From: a virus
Virus record (IMG/VR): IMGVR_UViG_3300045004_000088
Location: 64,001-128,000 of that record
Reading direction: 5' to 3' (one strand)
Length of the DNA: 64,000 nucleotides
Shown here: positions 46,159 through 55,433 of the stretch, one piece after another
Position numbering within the stretch: position 1 is the stretch's first letter
Layout of the letters: each line of letters begins with the position of its first letter
Notes under the pieces: model-generated
What the model saw: only the letters and a program-made list of their open reading frames with translations
The model's database searches: none
What the model was told of the DNA's origin: nothing
Translations under genes and position numbers: made by a program

Positions 46159-46674
46159 TCAGAAAATCGCCCCGGACTCGCCGAGGGTTTTGAAAAGGGC
46201 CATCAGGTGTTTGCACATGCCCGACATCTCTGCCGGATTCACAGCCGCGCCGCTCCCGTCGTATTTCTTTCTCTTGTTTCCAAAAAGTGAACCGTCAACC
46301 CAGTCGTAGTAGTTGAACCGCCACTGGAAGTCCGGGCAATTGCACCTCAGCATCAAATCCGTTCCGCCCGACTCGAACCGCTCGAATGCGTACCGCTTGT
46401 CGTCTGCGACGATCTCGAACAGCCCGGTTCCGGGGCGACCGTAGTTGACGCCCTTGAACAAGATCATGGGGCGGTAGTCCGTTCCCTTGACCGTATTGTG
46501 TGCCTGTGCGGAAATGAAGAGGGTCTTTACTCCTAGATATGGTGTCCACTCCAGTTGGTCGATCTCGATTTGATCAACGACGTGCTGGCGGTAGCGGGTT
46601 TTCGGGAACGCCCTGACGCTACTGTCGTGGAGTTCGGCTTGGGTGCTTTCGGCGAGCCACCGGCTGAAATTCAT
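46159..46674 (-). CDS. SWIM zinc-finger protein
   Basis: ATG at 46674 (MNFSRWL...). The C-terminal RCNCPDFQWRF...MCKHLMALF fits the SWIM pattern C-x-C-x(n)-C-x-H. Confidence 0.5.
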   Translation of the reverse strand: MNFSRWLAESTQAELHDSSVRAFPKTRYRQHVVDQIEIDQLEWTPYLGVKTLFISAQAHNTVKGTDYRPMILFKGVNYGRPGTGLFEIVADDKRYAFERFESGGTDLMLRCNCPDFQWRFNYYDWVDGSLFGNKRKKYDGSGAAVNPAEMSGMCKHLMALFKTLGESGAIF

Positions 46675-46715
46675 GGAGTGTTTCACAAACCTATCTAGTG
46701 AAACTAAGGTAGAGT

Positions 46716-47042
46716 ATGAGCCAACTTGTTGATGCACAGGGTGTACCATTCGACCTTCCGCCCGCACCGATGGGGGTGGACGGCAAACCGAAGAAGCGGT
46801 TCGAGGTGCGGTTAAATCTCGTCGGGGGCGGGCTTCAAAAAGAAGTCTACATCGACGGCGAAAAACTGGACTGGTCAATCGACATCGCTTCGTTCGTTGA
46901 CGCCCATAGAATGGGATTGAAGTACAAACTCGAAATACAAAAGAGCATTGCACAACACTTCACCAAATCTGTCGGAGAAGTCCTCGGCAGATTCGTGAGT
47001 ATCGCCGAAATCAAAAACGCCATTCAGACCGGGTGGATCTAA
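46716..47042 (+). CDS. hypothetical protein
   Basis: 108 aa. The end overlaps the aminotransferase start (ATGCTCGAC...). Confidence 0.4.
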   Translation: MSQLVDAQGVPFDLPPAPMGVDGKPKKRFEVRLNLVGGGLQKEVYIDGEKLDWSIDIASFVDAHRMGLKYKLEIQKSIAQHFTKSVGEVLGRFVSIAEIKNAIQTGWI

Positions 47043-48334
47043 TGCTCGACCAAATCGCGACCGAAGATGCAGTTGAAATCATCCGGCGTCACACCATCGG
47101 CGACGGATACCCGTTCGTCGTATCGCTCGACAGCCACATGAGCAGGCTCATTGATGAAAAGAACAATGTCTGGTACATCGACTGCGTTTCGCAATACGCC
47201 AGTCAACCTCTCGGCTGGAACCACCCGGCACTGGGGGTGCTTGACAAGGACGCACCCAAACTCATCAAACACAAAATAGCGAATCCAGACTTCTACACGA
47301 AAGAGAAGGCCCGGTTCGTTCGCGACATCGCCGACGTACTGCCGGACTTCAAATACTTCTTCTTCGTAGAGGGCGGCAGCCTCGCGGTCGAAAACGCACT
47401 GAAGGTCGCGTTCGACTGGAAGGCCCAGAAGATCGGTTGCCCGCCGACAATTACTCCAGACTTCGACGTGGTTCACCTGAAGCACGCATTCCACGGTCGG
47501 AGCGGCTACACCCTGTCTTTGACGAACACGACTCCCGACAAAACGATGTGGTTCCCGACGTTCAAGTGGACCCGCGTCGATCCGCCGGCCGTCAACCTGT
47601 ACCCGGACCCGGACGAACAGTTGGCTGTCGAGGAACGGGTGCTGAGGGAGATCTGGCACGCGATGACTTCTCGAACGGTCGCCGCGTTCATCATGGAACC
47701 GATCCAGGGTGAAGGCGGCGACAACTACTTCACCCCGCGATTCTTCAAGATGCTGCGAGAGATGTGCGACGAACTGGAAGTGTTGCTGATTTTTGACGAG
47801 GTGCAAACAGGCGTCGGCATCACCGGAAAGATGTGGGCGTACCAGCACTACGGCGTAGTTCCCGACATCATTTCGTTCGGCAAGAAGACACAAGTCTGTG
47901 GGATTGCGGCCACGGGACGCATCGAAGACGTGAACCACGTCTTCAAGGCGAGTAGCCGGATCAACAGCACTTGGGGCGGCAACATCGTAGACATGGTGAG
48001 GTTCTCGGCGATCAAATACGCCATAGAACAAGAAAACATGCTCGAATCGGTCAACAAGGTTGGAGAACACCTGCGTTCTCGACTGAAAGAAATGCCGCTG
48101 ATCAAAAACGTCCGTGGACTGGGACTGATGGTCGCTTTCGATATGGAAGACGCGGCCCAAAGGGACGCGATGCTCGAAGCAATGGAAAAGAACTACCTGC
48201 TCGCTTTGAAGTGCGGCCCGAAGTCGATCCGACTCAGACCGCACCTGACTTTTTCGTTATCGGACGCCAACACCGCATGTGAAGCCATCTCAAAGGCGAT
48301 CACATGTATCCGGCCTTCGGTTTCGGCGGAATGA
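47033..48334 (+). CDS. class-III PLP-dependent aminotransferase, L-lysine 6-transaminase (LAT)-like
   Basis: LIFDEVQTGVGITGKMWAYQHYGVVPDIISFGKK is the class-III DEVQTGFGRTG...PDI...GK motif including the PLP Lys. N-terminal PFVVSLDSHMSRLIDEKNNVWYIDCVSQYASQPLGWNHPAL resembles LAT-family N-termini. Confidence 0.75.
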   Translation: MDLMLDQIATEDAVEIIRRHTIGDGYPFVVSLDSHMSRLIDEKNNVWYIDCVSQYASQPLGWNHPALGVLDKDAPKLIKHKIANPDFYTKEKARFVRDIADVLPDFKYFFFVEGGSLAVENALKVAFDWKAQKIGCPPTITPDFDVVHLKHAFHGRSGYTLSLTNTTPDKTMWFPTFKWTRVDPPAVNLYPDPDEQLAVEERVLREIWHAMTSRTVAAFIMEPIQGEGGDNYFTPRFFKMLREMCDELEVLLIFDEVQTGVGITGKMWAYQHYGVVPDIISFGKKTQVCGIAATGRIEDVNHVFKASSRINSTWGGNIVDMVRFSAIKYAIEQENMLESVNKVGEHLRSRLKEMPLIKNVRGLGLMVAFDMEDAAQRDAMLEAMEKNYLLALKCGPKSIRLRPHLTFSLSDANTACEAISKAITCIRPSVSAE

Positions 48335-49166
48335 TGCTCTTGAAGAACTCGTCGTCTTGACGCTTCTGAATGTTGTGGTACTCGTTCAAGGCGTCACCGA
48401 TACAAGCTCTCCAGTCATGGAAGTGCTTGGACCAGACGAAGTTCTTGTTGTCTTTACCCGAATTGATGTAACGCTTGATCTCGTCCTCGGCCTGCTTCCA
48501 GTGGGCCTTCTTATCCCACCAGTCGTTACCGTGAAGATCGTCGCCTTTCGACGTGTCACCCCTGCCGTGTGCGGCTTCCTTCTGCTTGCGAATGTGTTCG
48601 GCGCGGCTCGCGACCCACCGGGTCCAGTCGGGCGTACCCTCGACGGGCAGTTTATTCTTCCACTCATCGTGTTCCGCGTCTTGGAGTGGAGTGTGCGGCT
48701 CGTCCATCTTTTCCGCTGGTGGTGTCGCAACGCCGGGCGGCGTTTCGCGGCTCAGTTGACGACGGGACTTGCCCATGTCGGCGAGCGACTGAGACACGTC
48801 TTCTTCGCTAATCTCGCCAAGTTCGTGTTCGAGTTCGGAAAGGCTCTTTTCAACGCGGGTGAGCGTTTCGTCAATCTTGTCGAACCGCTTCGGGCCGTAG
48901 ATTTCGCGAAGCACGTTTCTCAGTGTGGACGTAACGTCACCGCCGCCGCTCCTCTGTTGGCCGAGGTGCTGCGGTTCGCTCATTGCCTTCTTGAAACTGT
49001 GGAAGGCACTCATCATCTGCTGGCCCGGTTTCGAGATCGCTGCCAGAAAACTTTGGATGAGCTTGACGCCCTTTTCGTGGAACTTGGCGGCATCACCGCT
49101 TTCGTGAACGTAGGTGCGGACGCTCACCGCTTCTTTGAGTGGGTACAAGGTGAAGTTCTTTCTCAT
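48300..49166 (-). CDS. hypothetical charged protein
   Basis: 288 aa, E/K/D-rich with Trp pairs (NDWWDKKAHWKQ). Confidence 0.35.
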   Translation of the reverse strand: MRKNFTLYPLKEAVSVRTYVHESGDAAKFHEKGVKLIQSFLAAISKPGQQMMSAFHSFKKAMSEPQHLGQQRSGGGDVTSTLRNVLREIYGPKRFDKIDETLTRVEKSLSELEHELGEISEEDVSQSLADMGKSRRQLSRETPPGVATPPAEKMDEPHTPLQDAEHDEWKNKLPVEGTPDWTRWVASRAEHIRKQKEAAHGRGDTSKGDDLHGNDWWDKKAHWKQAEDEIKRYINSGKDNKNFVWSKHFHDWRACIGDALNEYHNIQKRQDDEFFKSIIPPKPKAGYM

Positions 49167-49978
49167 CGAGTCTTCCTTTTCTTCGGTTGCGGTACGCCCG
49201 CAAGAATCAAGGCTTCGGCGAACACGTCGCCTCTGTGTACTGTGTGCGACGGATAATATTTCTCAACGGGAGTTGACCCCCCGCCGTGTTCCGATCCGTC
49301 AGCGGCAGGGGTTGCCGGTGTAGCAGGAGTCGCAGGGGTTGCCGGTGTAGCAGGAGTCGCCGGTGCAGCAGCACCACGCTCGGCTTCGTCTTCGGAGCGA
49401 ACGTCGGCCAATTTACCTTCGAGTTCCTGAACGTAGTTCGGGTCACGCTTGATGGCGTCCGCGACGTGTAGTAACTGGGAGTGCTGGCCGAGTTCTTTCA
49501 TCTTTTCCAAGACGGCGTGTAGCTCGTCGCGGAAATTATCATAGCCGGCGGCGTCACCGCCCTCTTGTTGGTACTCGTCGGGAATGTGGATCGTCTTGAC
49601 GACGCTATCGACTTTGGTGATGGCCTTCACAGCCTTGTCGAAGTTCTTGGCCGCGCCACCGCCACTAAACAGATCGTTGAGCCAACCGAGGAACGAACCG
49701 TGTTGGACTTTGTTGGCCGGACGTGCGCCGGGCTTATCGCCGTCACCACCAGCAGCCGGGGCATCCGGCGAACTTCCGCCGCCTGACGGTGGGTGAGGTT
49801 CGTCTTCGAGGTAAATGGATTCGAGGAGAGGTCCGTAGAGGCCGGGGTATCGAGCCTCTACGAAATCGAGAACGAATTTTTCCGGGTCGTTGGTCTTACG
49901 AGCCAGTTCGTTCGCCAGCTTGCCGACTGACATCAAACTCTTGCGATCCGACAGGTAAGATCTGAATGTGAGCATCAT
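49163..49978 (-). CDS. hypothetical protein with (ATP)n repeat
   Basis: It contains AAPATPATPATPATPATPATPAADG, encoded partly by a perfect 27-nt tandem duplication at 49306..49359. Confidence 0.4.
   Translation of the reverse strand: MMLTFRSYLSDRKSLMSVGKLANELARKTNDPEKFVLDFVEARYPGLYGPLLESIYLEDEPHPPSGGGSSPDAPAAGGDGDKPGARPANKVQHGSFLGWLNDLFSGGGAAKNFDKAVKAITKVDSVVKTIHIPDEYQQEGGDAAGYDNFRDELHAVLEKMKELGQHSQLLHVADAIKRDPNYVQELEGKLADVRSEDEAERGAAAPATPATPATPATPATPATPAADGSEHGGGSTPVEKYYPSHTVHRGDVFAEALILAGVPQPKKRKTR
49306..49359. repeat. perfect 2x27-nt tandem repeat
   Basis: caggggttgccggtgtagcaggagtcg occurs twice in tandem, coding TPATPATPA on the minus strand. Confidence 0.8.
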
Positions 49979-50847
49979 TCCCCTTGCGTTATTTCCTCCC
50001 AGTCTATCGGCTCGTACTTCAACTGGACGACCGGGAGCTTCGGTACTTCTGACTTGGAGTTATATACGAAGCTCAGGGTGTTATTTTGCTCATTGTCCAG
50101 AACCTTGACGGTTCCAATCGGGATGCAGAAAGAAATCCCCGTCACCGGGAACGGCTCGCCCTGGAACCGTGTGATCTTGATGGCCTGCATCAGACCGATC
50201 AGTTTGTTTTTGTAGTAAGCCGGCCCGCCGCTGTCGCCAAACACCGTCATCATGTTGGTTCGGTACACGTCGTTGGGGTGCGGACGAACCCTGCCCTTCA
50301 GCCCCGTGATCTGGCCCTTGTCGAACCGTGGGTCTTCGCCGGCACCACAGCCGACGTGCAGGATCTCGTTACCCATCGAGAGACGAGTCTCGAAGTCCAT
50401 TGTCGCGACGTGGACCGGATGGTTCGTAACGAAGACGCAGATCGCGATGTCGTACTTGTAGGAATAGTGATAGACGACGAGAGGGTTCTGTTCCCACTCT
50501 ATGAACTTCGTGCCATCGGCTTCATAAACGGCTAGGTCGGCCGTGTAATTCTGGCCGGGAATCACGCAGTGCGCACAGGTGAGCATCACGTTGACGTACT
50601 GATTGGCCTTTTTGTTTGAAGGAACTGCTTCTGAACGGATTACGACGCCGGTTCCGAATTGAGGTCTTTTGGTGTTTACGACACGGACGGCTGGGTAGAT
50701 GACGTTCTTGTGAAGGGCTTCATCGAAGTCTCGGACTACGGCACGCGGGGCAGGGGCTTGCTCCACGGGTTTGGGAAGTGCTTGTGAGAACGTGACGCTG
50801 CCCAGTGCTAGGGCCAGGAACGTGGCCCCTAAGATGCGAGTGATCAT
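49975..50847 (-). CDS. secreted trypsin-like serine protease (S1 family)
   Basis: N-terminal MITRILGATFLALALGSVTFSQA is a signal peptide. LTCAHCV carries His in the TAAHC motif. GDSGGPAYY is the catalytic Ser motif GDSGGP. Confidence 0.7.
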   Translation of the reverse strand: MITRILGATFLALALGSVTFSQALPKPVEQAPAPRAVVRDFDEALHKNVIYPAVRVVNTKRPQFGTGVVIRSEAVPSNKKANQYVNVMLTCAHCVIPGQNYTADLAVYEADGTKFIEWEQNPLVVYHYSYKYDIAICVFVTNHPVHVATMDFETRLSMGNEILHVGCGAGEDPRFDKGQITGLKGRVRPHPNDVYRTNMMTVFGDSGGPAYYKNKLIGLMQAIKITRFQGEPFPVTGISFCIPIGTVKVLDNEQNNTLSFVYNSKSEVPKLPVVQLKYEPIDWEEITQGE

Positions 50848-51248
50848 TAACCACCTTGTTGAGAGTTCCGGTCGAACAAGACGGGTTCCCGCGACTCGCT
50901 GTCGGCCTATATTATTTAAGCACGGTGAGCGCCAAAAAAACAGGCCCAGGCGTCAAACGCTTCATCAAAACCAAACATTTATCTCAAAGCCTGTCTGCGC
51001 TGGCAGTTGCGCGCTGTCAATTTTCAAGAAAATGGTAGTCAAACGGTGTTTTTGCCGATGACAGCAGTGAAAGAAACTGTTATAACGACAAGTGACTTGC
51101 CGTTGTCAATCCGAACACAGGCGGTTCGCGACTTGGGGTCAAAAGAGATGACGTTCCACGCCGACGCCGGGAGGTTGCTGAGGAATTCTCTTACAGGGTC
51201 AGTGGGCAACAGGAGGTTGATCAGGTTCCTCTGAGAGAGTGCAATTTC

Positions 51249-51509
51249 GTGTGTCGAGCATGCGTTTTGTGGCATGTGGTATCTAGGAGAGAGATGGGAT
51301 CAAAAACCGAACAAGTGCAACTGGACTGCTACTTTTTTGTGGGCGAGGGTACGGACGAGGATCGCAAGATGGAGGCTTGGTGCCTCGATTGCAGGGGTGC
51401 GAAGCGGCCGAACACGGGATGGTTCTGGAACGGCAGCACAAAAGGTTACGGGCCGTGGGACATCAAGTGTCACGCCTGCGGAAAATACATCCACCGGGTG
51501 AAAAAATGA
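51249..51509 (+). CDS. small zinc-finger protein
   Basis: CLDCRGAKRP...CHACGKYIH gives a C2/C2-H arrangement. The stop overlaps the Dam start (ATGA). Confidence 0.35.
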   Translation: MCRACVLWHVVSRREMGSKTEQVQLDCYFFVGEGTDEDRKMEAWCLDCRGAKRPNTGWFWNGSTKGYGPWDIKCHACGKYIHRVKK

Positions 51510-52339
51510 AAACGACAGCAAGAAAGTCAGCGATTCTGCGTCCTCCATTCAAATGTCATGGTGGCAAAGCATACCTAAAAAAATGGGTCATCGATAACTT
51601 CCCGTCCGACTACGAAGACATGACTTATGTCGAGCCGTATTCGGGGGCCGCGAGCGTATTGCTCAACAAAGAACCGAGCAAAGAAGAGGCGATGAATGAC
51701 CTTCATCCGGGGGTCATCGAGATCTTCAAGGCCATTCGGGATGACCACGTCGAGTTCGCCAAGCGACTGAAGAAGCTTTCTTACAGTCAGAGGACTTTCG
51801 ACCGGGCGTTGAAGCAGTCGGTGGGGCCGCTCGACGGCCATCTGGATCTCGCGGTGAACGAATACGTTTTGCGGCGGATGTCGCGTGGCGGGATGAAGAA
51901 GGCGTTCGCGTGGAGCGAGCGGTTGCGGGGCGGTCAGCCCGGCGACGTGAACGCATGGAAGACCGCACTCAAACTGATGCCCGACCTGTCGGAGCGGCTC
52001 CAGAGCGTCTACATCTTCAACAAACCGGCCGTCGAGGTGATCAAGGCGTTCAACAAGCACAACACTCTGTTGTACGTCGATCCGCCGTACCTGCACTCCA
52101 CGCGGAAGGCGAAGAAGGTCTACGAGAAGTACGAAATGACCGAGGACGACCACAAAAAGTTGTGCGAAGTTCTGGTGACCTTCAAGGGGAAGGTGCTGAT
52201 CAGCGGGTACGACTCCGAGTTGTATGACAGCTACTTCCAGAACTGGCACAAGATCTTCCGCGACATCGCCAATCACAGCAGCCAGAGCAAAAAGAAGGAA
52301 TTCAAGCGAGAAGTATTATGGATGAATTTTGTCAAGTGA
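51506..52339 (+). CDS. dam: DNA N6-adenine methyltransferase (Dam family)
   Basis: FKCHGGKAYL, VEPYSGAASV and the catalytic DPPY motif. ATG at 51506. Confidence 0.75.
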   Translation: MKTTARKSAILRPPFKCHGGKAYLKKWVIDNFPSDYEDMTYVEPYSGAASVLLNKEPSKEEAMNDLHPGVIEIFKAIRDDHVEFAKRLKKLSYSQRTFDRALKQSVGPLDGHLDLAVNEYVLRRMSRGGMKKAFAWSERLRGGQPGDVNAWKTALKLMPDLSERLQSVYIFNKPAVEVIKAFNKHNTLLYVDPPYLHSTRKAKKVYEKYEMTEDDHKKLCEVLVTFKGKVLISGYDSELYDSYFQNWHKIFRDIANHSSQSKKKEFKREVLWMNFVK

Positions 52340-52494
52340 TTACGAACAGTTTCTGTGACATGATTTACAAGGAGGCTACCGTCTTCTTGAAGAGGAAGAA
52401 AGAAGTGTTCGACAATGCCAAGAAGCTTCATCGACCGGGCATCGGCAAATACACGAGAAAGAAGAACTTCGCGTGATGCTCGTCTAAATAGGAC

Positions 52495-52740
52495 ATGCTC
52501 ACTTTTCGCGAATGGCTGGTAGAGGCCGGGGCCGAAATCGGAGTCGTGTACTCCAACCCCGTCAACGACGAGCGATACTCGGAAAAAGGGGTTCGGAGCA
52601 ATCGGGAGGGCGACAAGCCGCCACCGATGCCCGGACCCCCTAACGTTGATCCCGATGACATGTACGTCACCGGAAAGAAACGCGCCCGTCGTGGCAGGGA
52701 GCTTTCCGCGACAAAAGTCAAGGAGCGAGTGCTTAAATAA
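52495..52740 (+). CDS. hypothetical small basic protein
   Basis: 81-aa ORF (MLTFREWLVEAGAE...) with a K/R-rich C-terminus. Confidence 0.3.
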   Translation: MLTFREWLVEAGAEIGVVYSNPVNDERYSEKGVRSNREGDKPPPMPGPPNVDPDDMYVTGKKRARRGRELSATKVKERVLK

Positions 52741-52761
52741 TGAAGCCCCATAAGGAGGACC

Positions 52762-53070
52762 ATGCAACCTAAACCAGCTATTACCTTCCGCGCGAACACA
52801 GAAACGTTGGACCGCCAGGGGCATCTCGTCCCGAACCGGACGACGCTTTCTGGCGGCGAGACGATCTCGGAAGCCGACGAACAGAAGTTCAACAGGACCG
52901 TTGCTTTCGTTCCGGGTGTGAACGCCGGCATGAACGTGACCGGATACCACCACGGCGAAGAGTTCACGCTCTACGGCAACAACGCCCTGTACTTCAAGAA
53001 CCTACACTGCCCCGGTAACGCCGACGACCTGTTTGTGGTCGTATCGACGGACTGGGACGATCACGGCTAA
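52762..53070 (+). CDS. hypothetical protein
   Basis: 102 aa. GGAGG precedes the ATG. Confidence 0.35.
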   Translation: MQPKPAITFRANTETLDRQGHLVPNRTTLSGGETISEADEQKFNRTVAFVPGVNAGMNVTGYHHGEEFTLYGNNALYFKNLHCPGNADDLFVVVSTDWDDHG

Positions 53071-53079
53071 GGAACCCAA

Positions 53080-53400
53080 ATGGTGTCGTTCCAGAAACTG
53101 ATGGAACACATGGATGGGTTCCGCAAAGAACAAAACGATAAGAACGCCAAGAAATCGGCCGAGGCCATCAGAACGGGCATCAACATCCGTGATGACTTCT
53201 GGGACGATTTCTTGGCGTTGCTTAACAACTCGTCGGCGTTGGCCGAGCTTCTGAAAGTCCCCTCCACAAAGATCTCGGCTTGGCGGGCGAGAGTTCAGAA
53301 GTACCTCGACCAAGTTCGAGAAGAGGACGAAACCCCCGATCCGAAGAAGCGTTCGACCATGATTCGCGCCGAGAAAGATCCTTTCGATTTCGACTGGTAA
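53080..53400 (+). CDS. hypothetical protein
   Basis: 106 aa. Confidence 0.35.
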   Translation: MVSFQKLMEHMDGFRKEQNDKNAKKSAEAIRTGINIRDDFWDDFLALLNNSSALAELLKVPSTKISAWRARVQKYLDQVREEDETPDPKKRSTMIRAEKDPFDFDW

Positions 53401-53411
53401 CAAGGAGAGCA

Positions 53412-53726
53412 ATGGGCAAGTTCACTGAATGGGTCAACGAGATCAAGTCACAGGATCTCAAAGAGTTCTCGGCACTCGACCTCGCACGCGCGAAGTCTGA
53501 CAGAGCTTTTGGCGGCGTGGCCGACAGCAAGTTCAAGACGACCGGCGGGCTGACTCAGATCGTTTACGGCGACCTGAAGAACATCTTGGAACGTCGCGGG
53601 AGCGAAGACCCATCGGGCGACAAGAACGCCATCTTCAAGGCGATCAAAGAAGCCTACAGGATGCTGGTGAACGAACACAGGAAGGCTGCGACCGCGCAAC
53701 CCAGTGCCTCAACACCCGGAACCTAA
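53412..53726 (+). CDS. hypothetical protein
   Basis: ATG at 53412 after AAGGAGAG. MGKFTEWVNEIK... Confidence 0.35.
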   Translation: MGKFTEWVNEIKSQDLKEFSALDLARAKSDRAFGGVADSKFKTTGGLTQIVYGDLKNILERRGSEDPSGDKNAIFKAIKEAYRMLVNEHRKAATAQPSASTPGT

Positions 53727-54748
53727 TGAGCCGAGTAGTTCAAAACAAAGCGTCACGTCAAGAACTACAAGAGAAAATCAAACGGGCTATGGAGAAAAAG
53801 CCGAGTTCAAACGGCTTGTGGTCCCGTTCGTTTCCTCCTGTGGCCGCGAACGCGACGGCACGAAACAACCTGCGAGGAGTGGTGAAGTCTACAAAGAAGA
53901 ACGCTCCAGTTCGTCCGGTCCCGTCACGCCCGATCAAAGAGGGCAAGCCCGCGAGGGCAACGTTTTTGACCGGGGAGGCTTTCCTCCTCGAACAAAAAGT
54001 ACGCCGCCGCAGTATGTCGCCATTCGTGGCAAGAGAGAGGTTCCCCGCCGGCCACCACGGAACATTCAAGCACTCTGGCGACCTGGGCGACCTCTGGTAC
54101 AGCCTGCCGATCATGAGGTACATGGGGTCGGGCGACATCTATTTGGTCGAAGACGGTCTGAAGTCAACGAAGGCAGACGGGACGCCGAGCGGCCTGAGCC
54201 GCAAACTGATCGACATGGCGAAACCGTTGCTCGAAGCCCAACCCTATATCGGCAAGTGCGAACTGTGGGGCAAGCAAGAGGTTGAAGTTGACATGGACAT
54301 CTTCCGCCGCATCAACCTGTACGGCGACATCAACCTCTGCGAACTCATCCTGCAAAATTCGGGTGTGCCGTTCCGCGAGAGCGATACGCCGTGGTTGACT
54401 TGCAACAAGAACCGGGTCGCGGCTAGAGTTTTCGCACGGTCCCCGCGATACCACAACCCGAACATCAAGTGGGCCGAGATCTATAACGCCTACAAGACGG
54501 ACGCGGTGTTCGTTGGTTTGCCATACGAACACCAACTGTTCGAGGCCAAAGTCGGGCCGATCCCGTACCGGCCGGTCAAAGACTTCTTGGAAATGGCCGA
54601 AATCATCAACGGTGCGGACCTCTTCATCGGCAATCAGTCAAGCCCGATGGCTATTGCCATCGGCCTCGGCAAGAACTTCATTCAAGAAGTCTGCCTGAAC
54701 TGCCCCAACTGCATGTTCGACCGGCCGAACGCGAAATACTTGACATGA
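53726..54748 (+). CDS. glycosyltransferase family 9-like (second heptosyltransferase-fold gene)
   Basis: HSGDLGDLWYSLPIM is the GT9 GD(L/V)L motif. C-terminal ADLFIGNQSSPMAIAIGLGKNFIQ matches GT9 LVIGNDSGPMHLAAALGKPLV. An alternative ATG lies at 54014. Confidence 0.5.
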   Translation: MSRVVQNKASRQELQEKIKRAMEKKPSSNGLWSRSFPPVAANATARNNLRGVVKSTKKNAPVRPVPSRPIKEGKPARATFLTGEAFLLEQKVRRRSMSPFVARERFPAGHHGTFKHSGDLGDLWYSLPIMRYMGSGDIYLVEDGLKSTKADGTPSGLSRKLIDMAKPLLEAQPYIGKCELWGKQEVEVDMDIFRRINLYGDINLCELILQNSGVPFRESDTPWLTCNKNRVAARVFARSPRYHNPNIKWAEIYNAYKTDAVFVGLPYEHQLFEAKVGPIPYRPVKDFLEMAEIINGADLFIGNQSSPMAIAIGLGKNFIQEVCLNCPNCMFDRPNAKYLT

Positions 54749-54755
54749 ACCGTCT

Positions 54756-55433
54756 TTAACCGCGTTGAATGTCGGCGAGGTGATCCTCGGTTCGACGCTT
54801 CTGGAACGTAGCGACACCGTGATCGGTCTTGAACGTCAGACCACGCAAGTCGCCGTTCTTGAACAACTGTTTCATCTGAGCAGGTACGCCGCCGTACCAC
54901 GGGTGTTCGAGACACCAGAGGTCGTGGATGCAGATGATCCCGCCCGGCGTCACTCGCGGGAACAGGGTCAACAGTTCGTTGTACCGCTCTTTCAGTTCCG
55001 TGTCGAGCCAGAGGAAATCGTAAGTCAAATCCGGGTGCATGCCCGCAAAGAACTCGGTGGTAGTGGTAGTCACAACCGTCGCGAACGAACTCAGACCCAT
55101 CGCCGCCAGTTTGTCTTTGGCGCGACTGGCGACCGTTCCGTCTTTCTCAATGGTCGTAAGGTGGCCGAAACCGTTGTCGCGGAGGGCCAGTGCCATGTAC
55201 TGAGCCGAGACGCCGATGTTGGTGCCGGTTTCCAGAATCGAAACCGGCTTAACCATCCTGACCAAACCGTAAAGGAACTCGCCCTCTTCGATGGCGATCC
55301 CGGTAGGGTCTTGCATGTCTTGGAAGTCGGAGTGTGACAGCATGCTGTCGCGGCTGACGGGTCCGTACTTTTCCTTGTGAGAAAGGATCTTCTTGTGCGG
55401 ATCGAGTTCTAGCAACTTGTCGGTGGCGTTCAT
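54756..55433 (-). CDS. class I SAM-dependent (O-)methyltransferase, family-3 OMT-like
   Basis: VSILETGTNIGVSAQYMALAL is the LE.GT..G.S SAM-binding motif. GGIICIHD is motif post-II. Confidence 0.6.
   Translation of the reverse strand: MNATDKLLELDPHKKILSHKEKYGPVSRDSMLSHSDFQDMQDPTGIAIEEGEFLYGLVRMVKPVSILETGTNIGVSAQYMALALRDNGFGHLTTIEKDGTVASRAKDKLAAMGLSSFATVVTTTTTEFFAGMHPDLTYDFLWLDTELKERYNELLTLFPRVTPGGIICIHDLWCLEHPWYGGVPAQMKQLFKNGDLRGLTFKTDHGVATFQKRRTEDHLADIQRG

Noticed and set aside
47039-48244. 401-aa minus-strand ORF
   Set aside because: Antisense to the class-III aminotransferase, whose PLP motifs are unambiguous.
53704-54285. 193-aa Arg-rich + strand ORF
   Set aside because: An alternative frame of the GT9-like gene region with extreme Arg/Pro/Gly bias. 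It is not coding.
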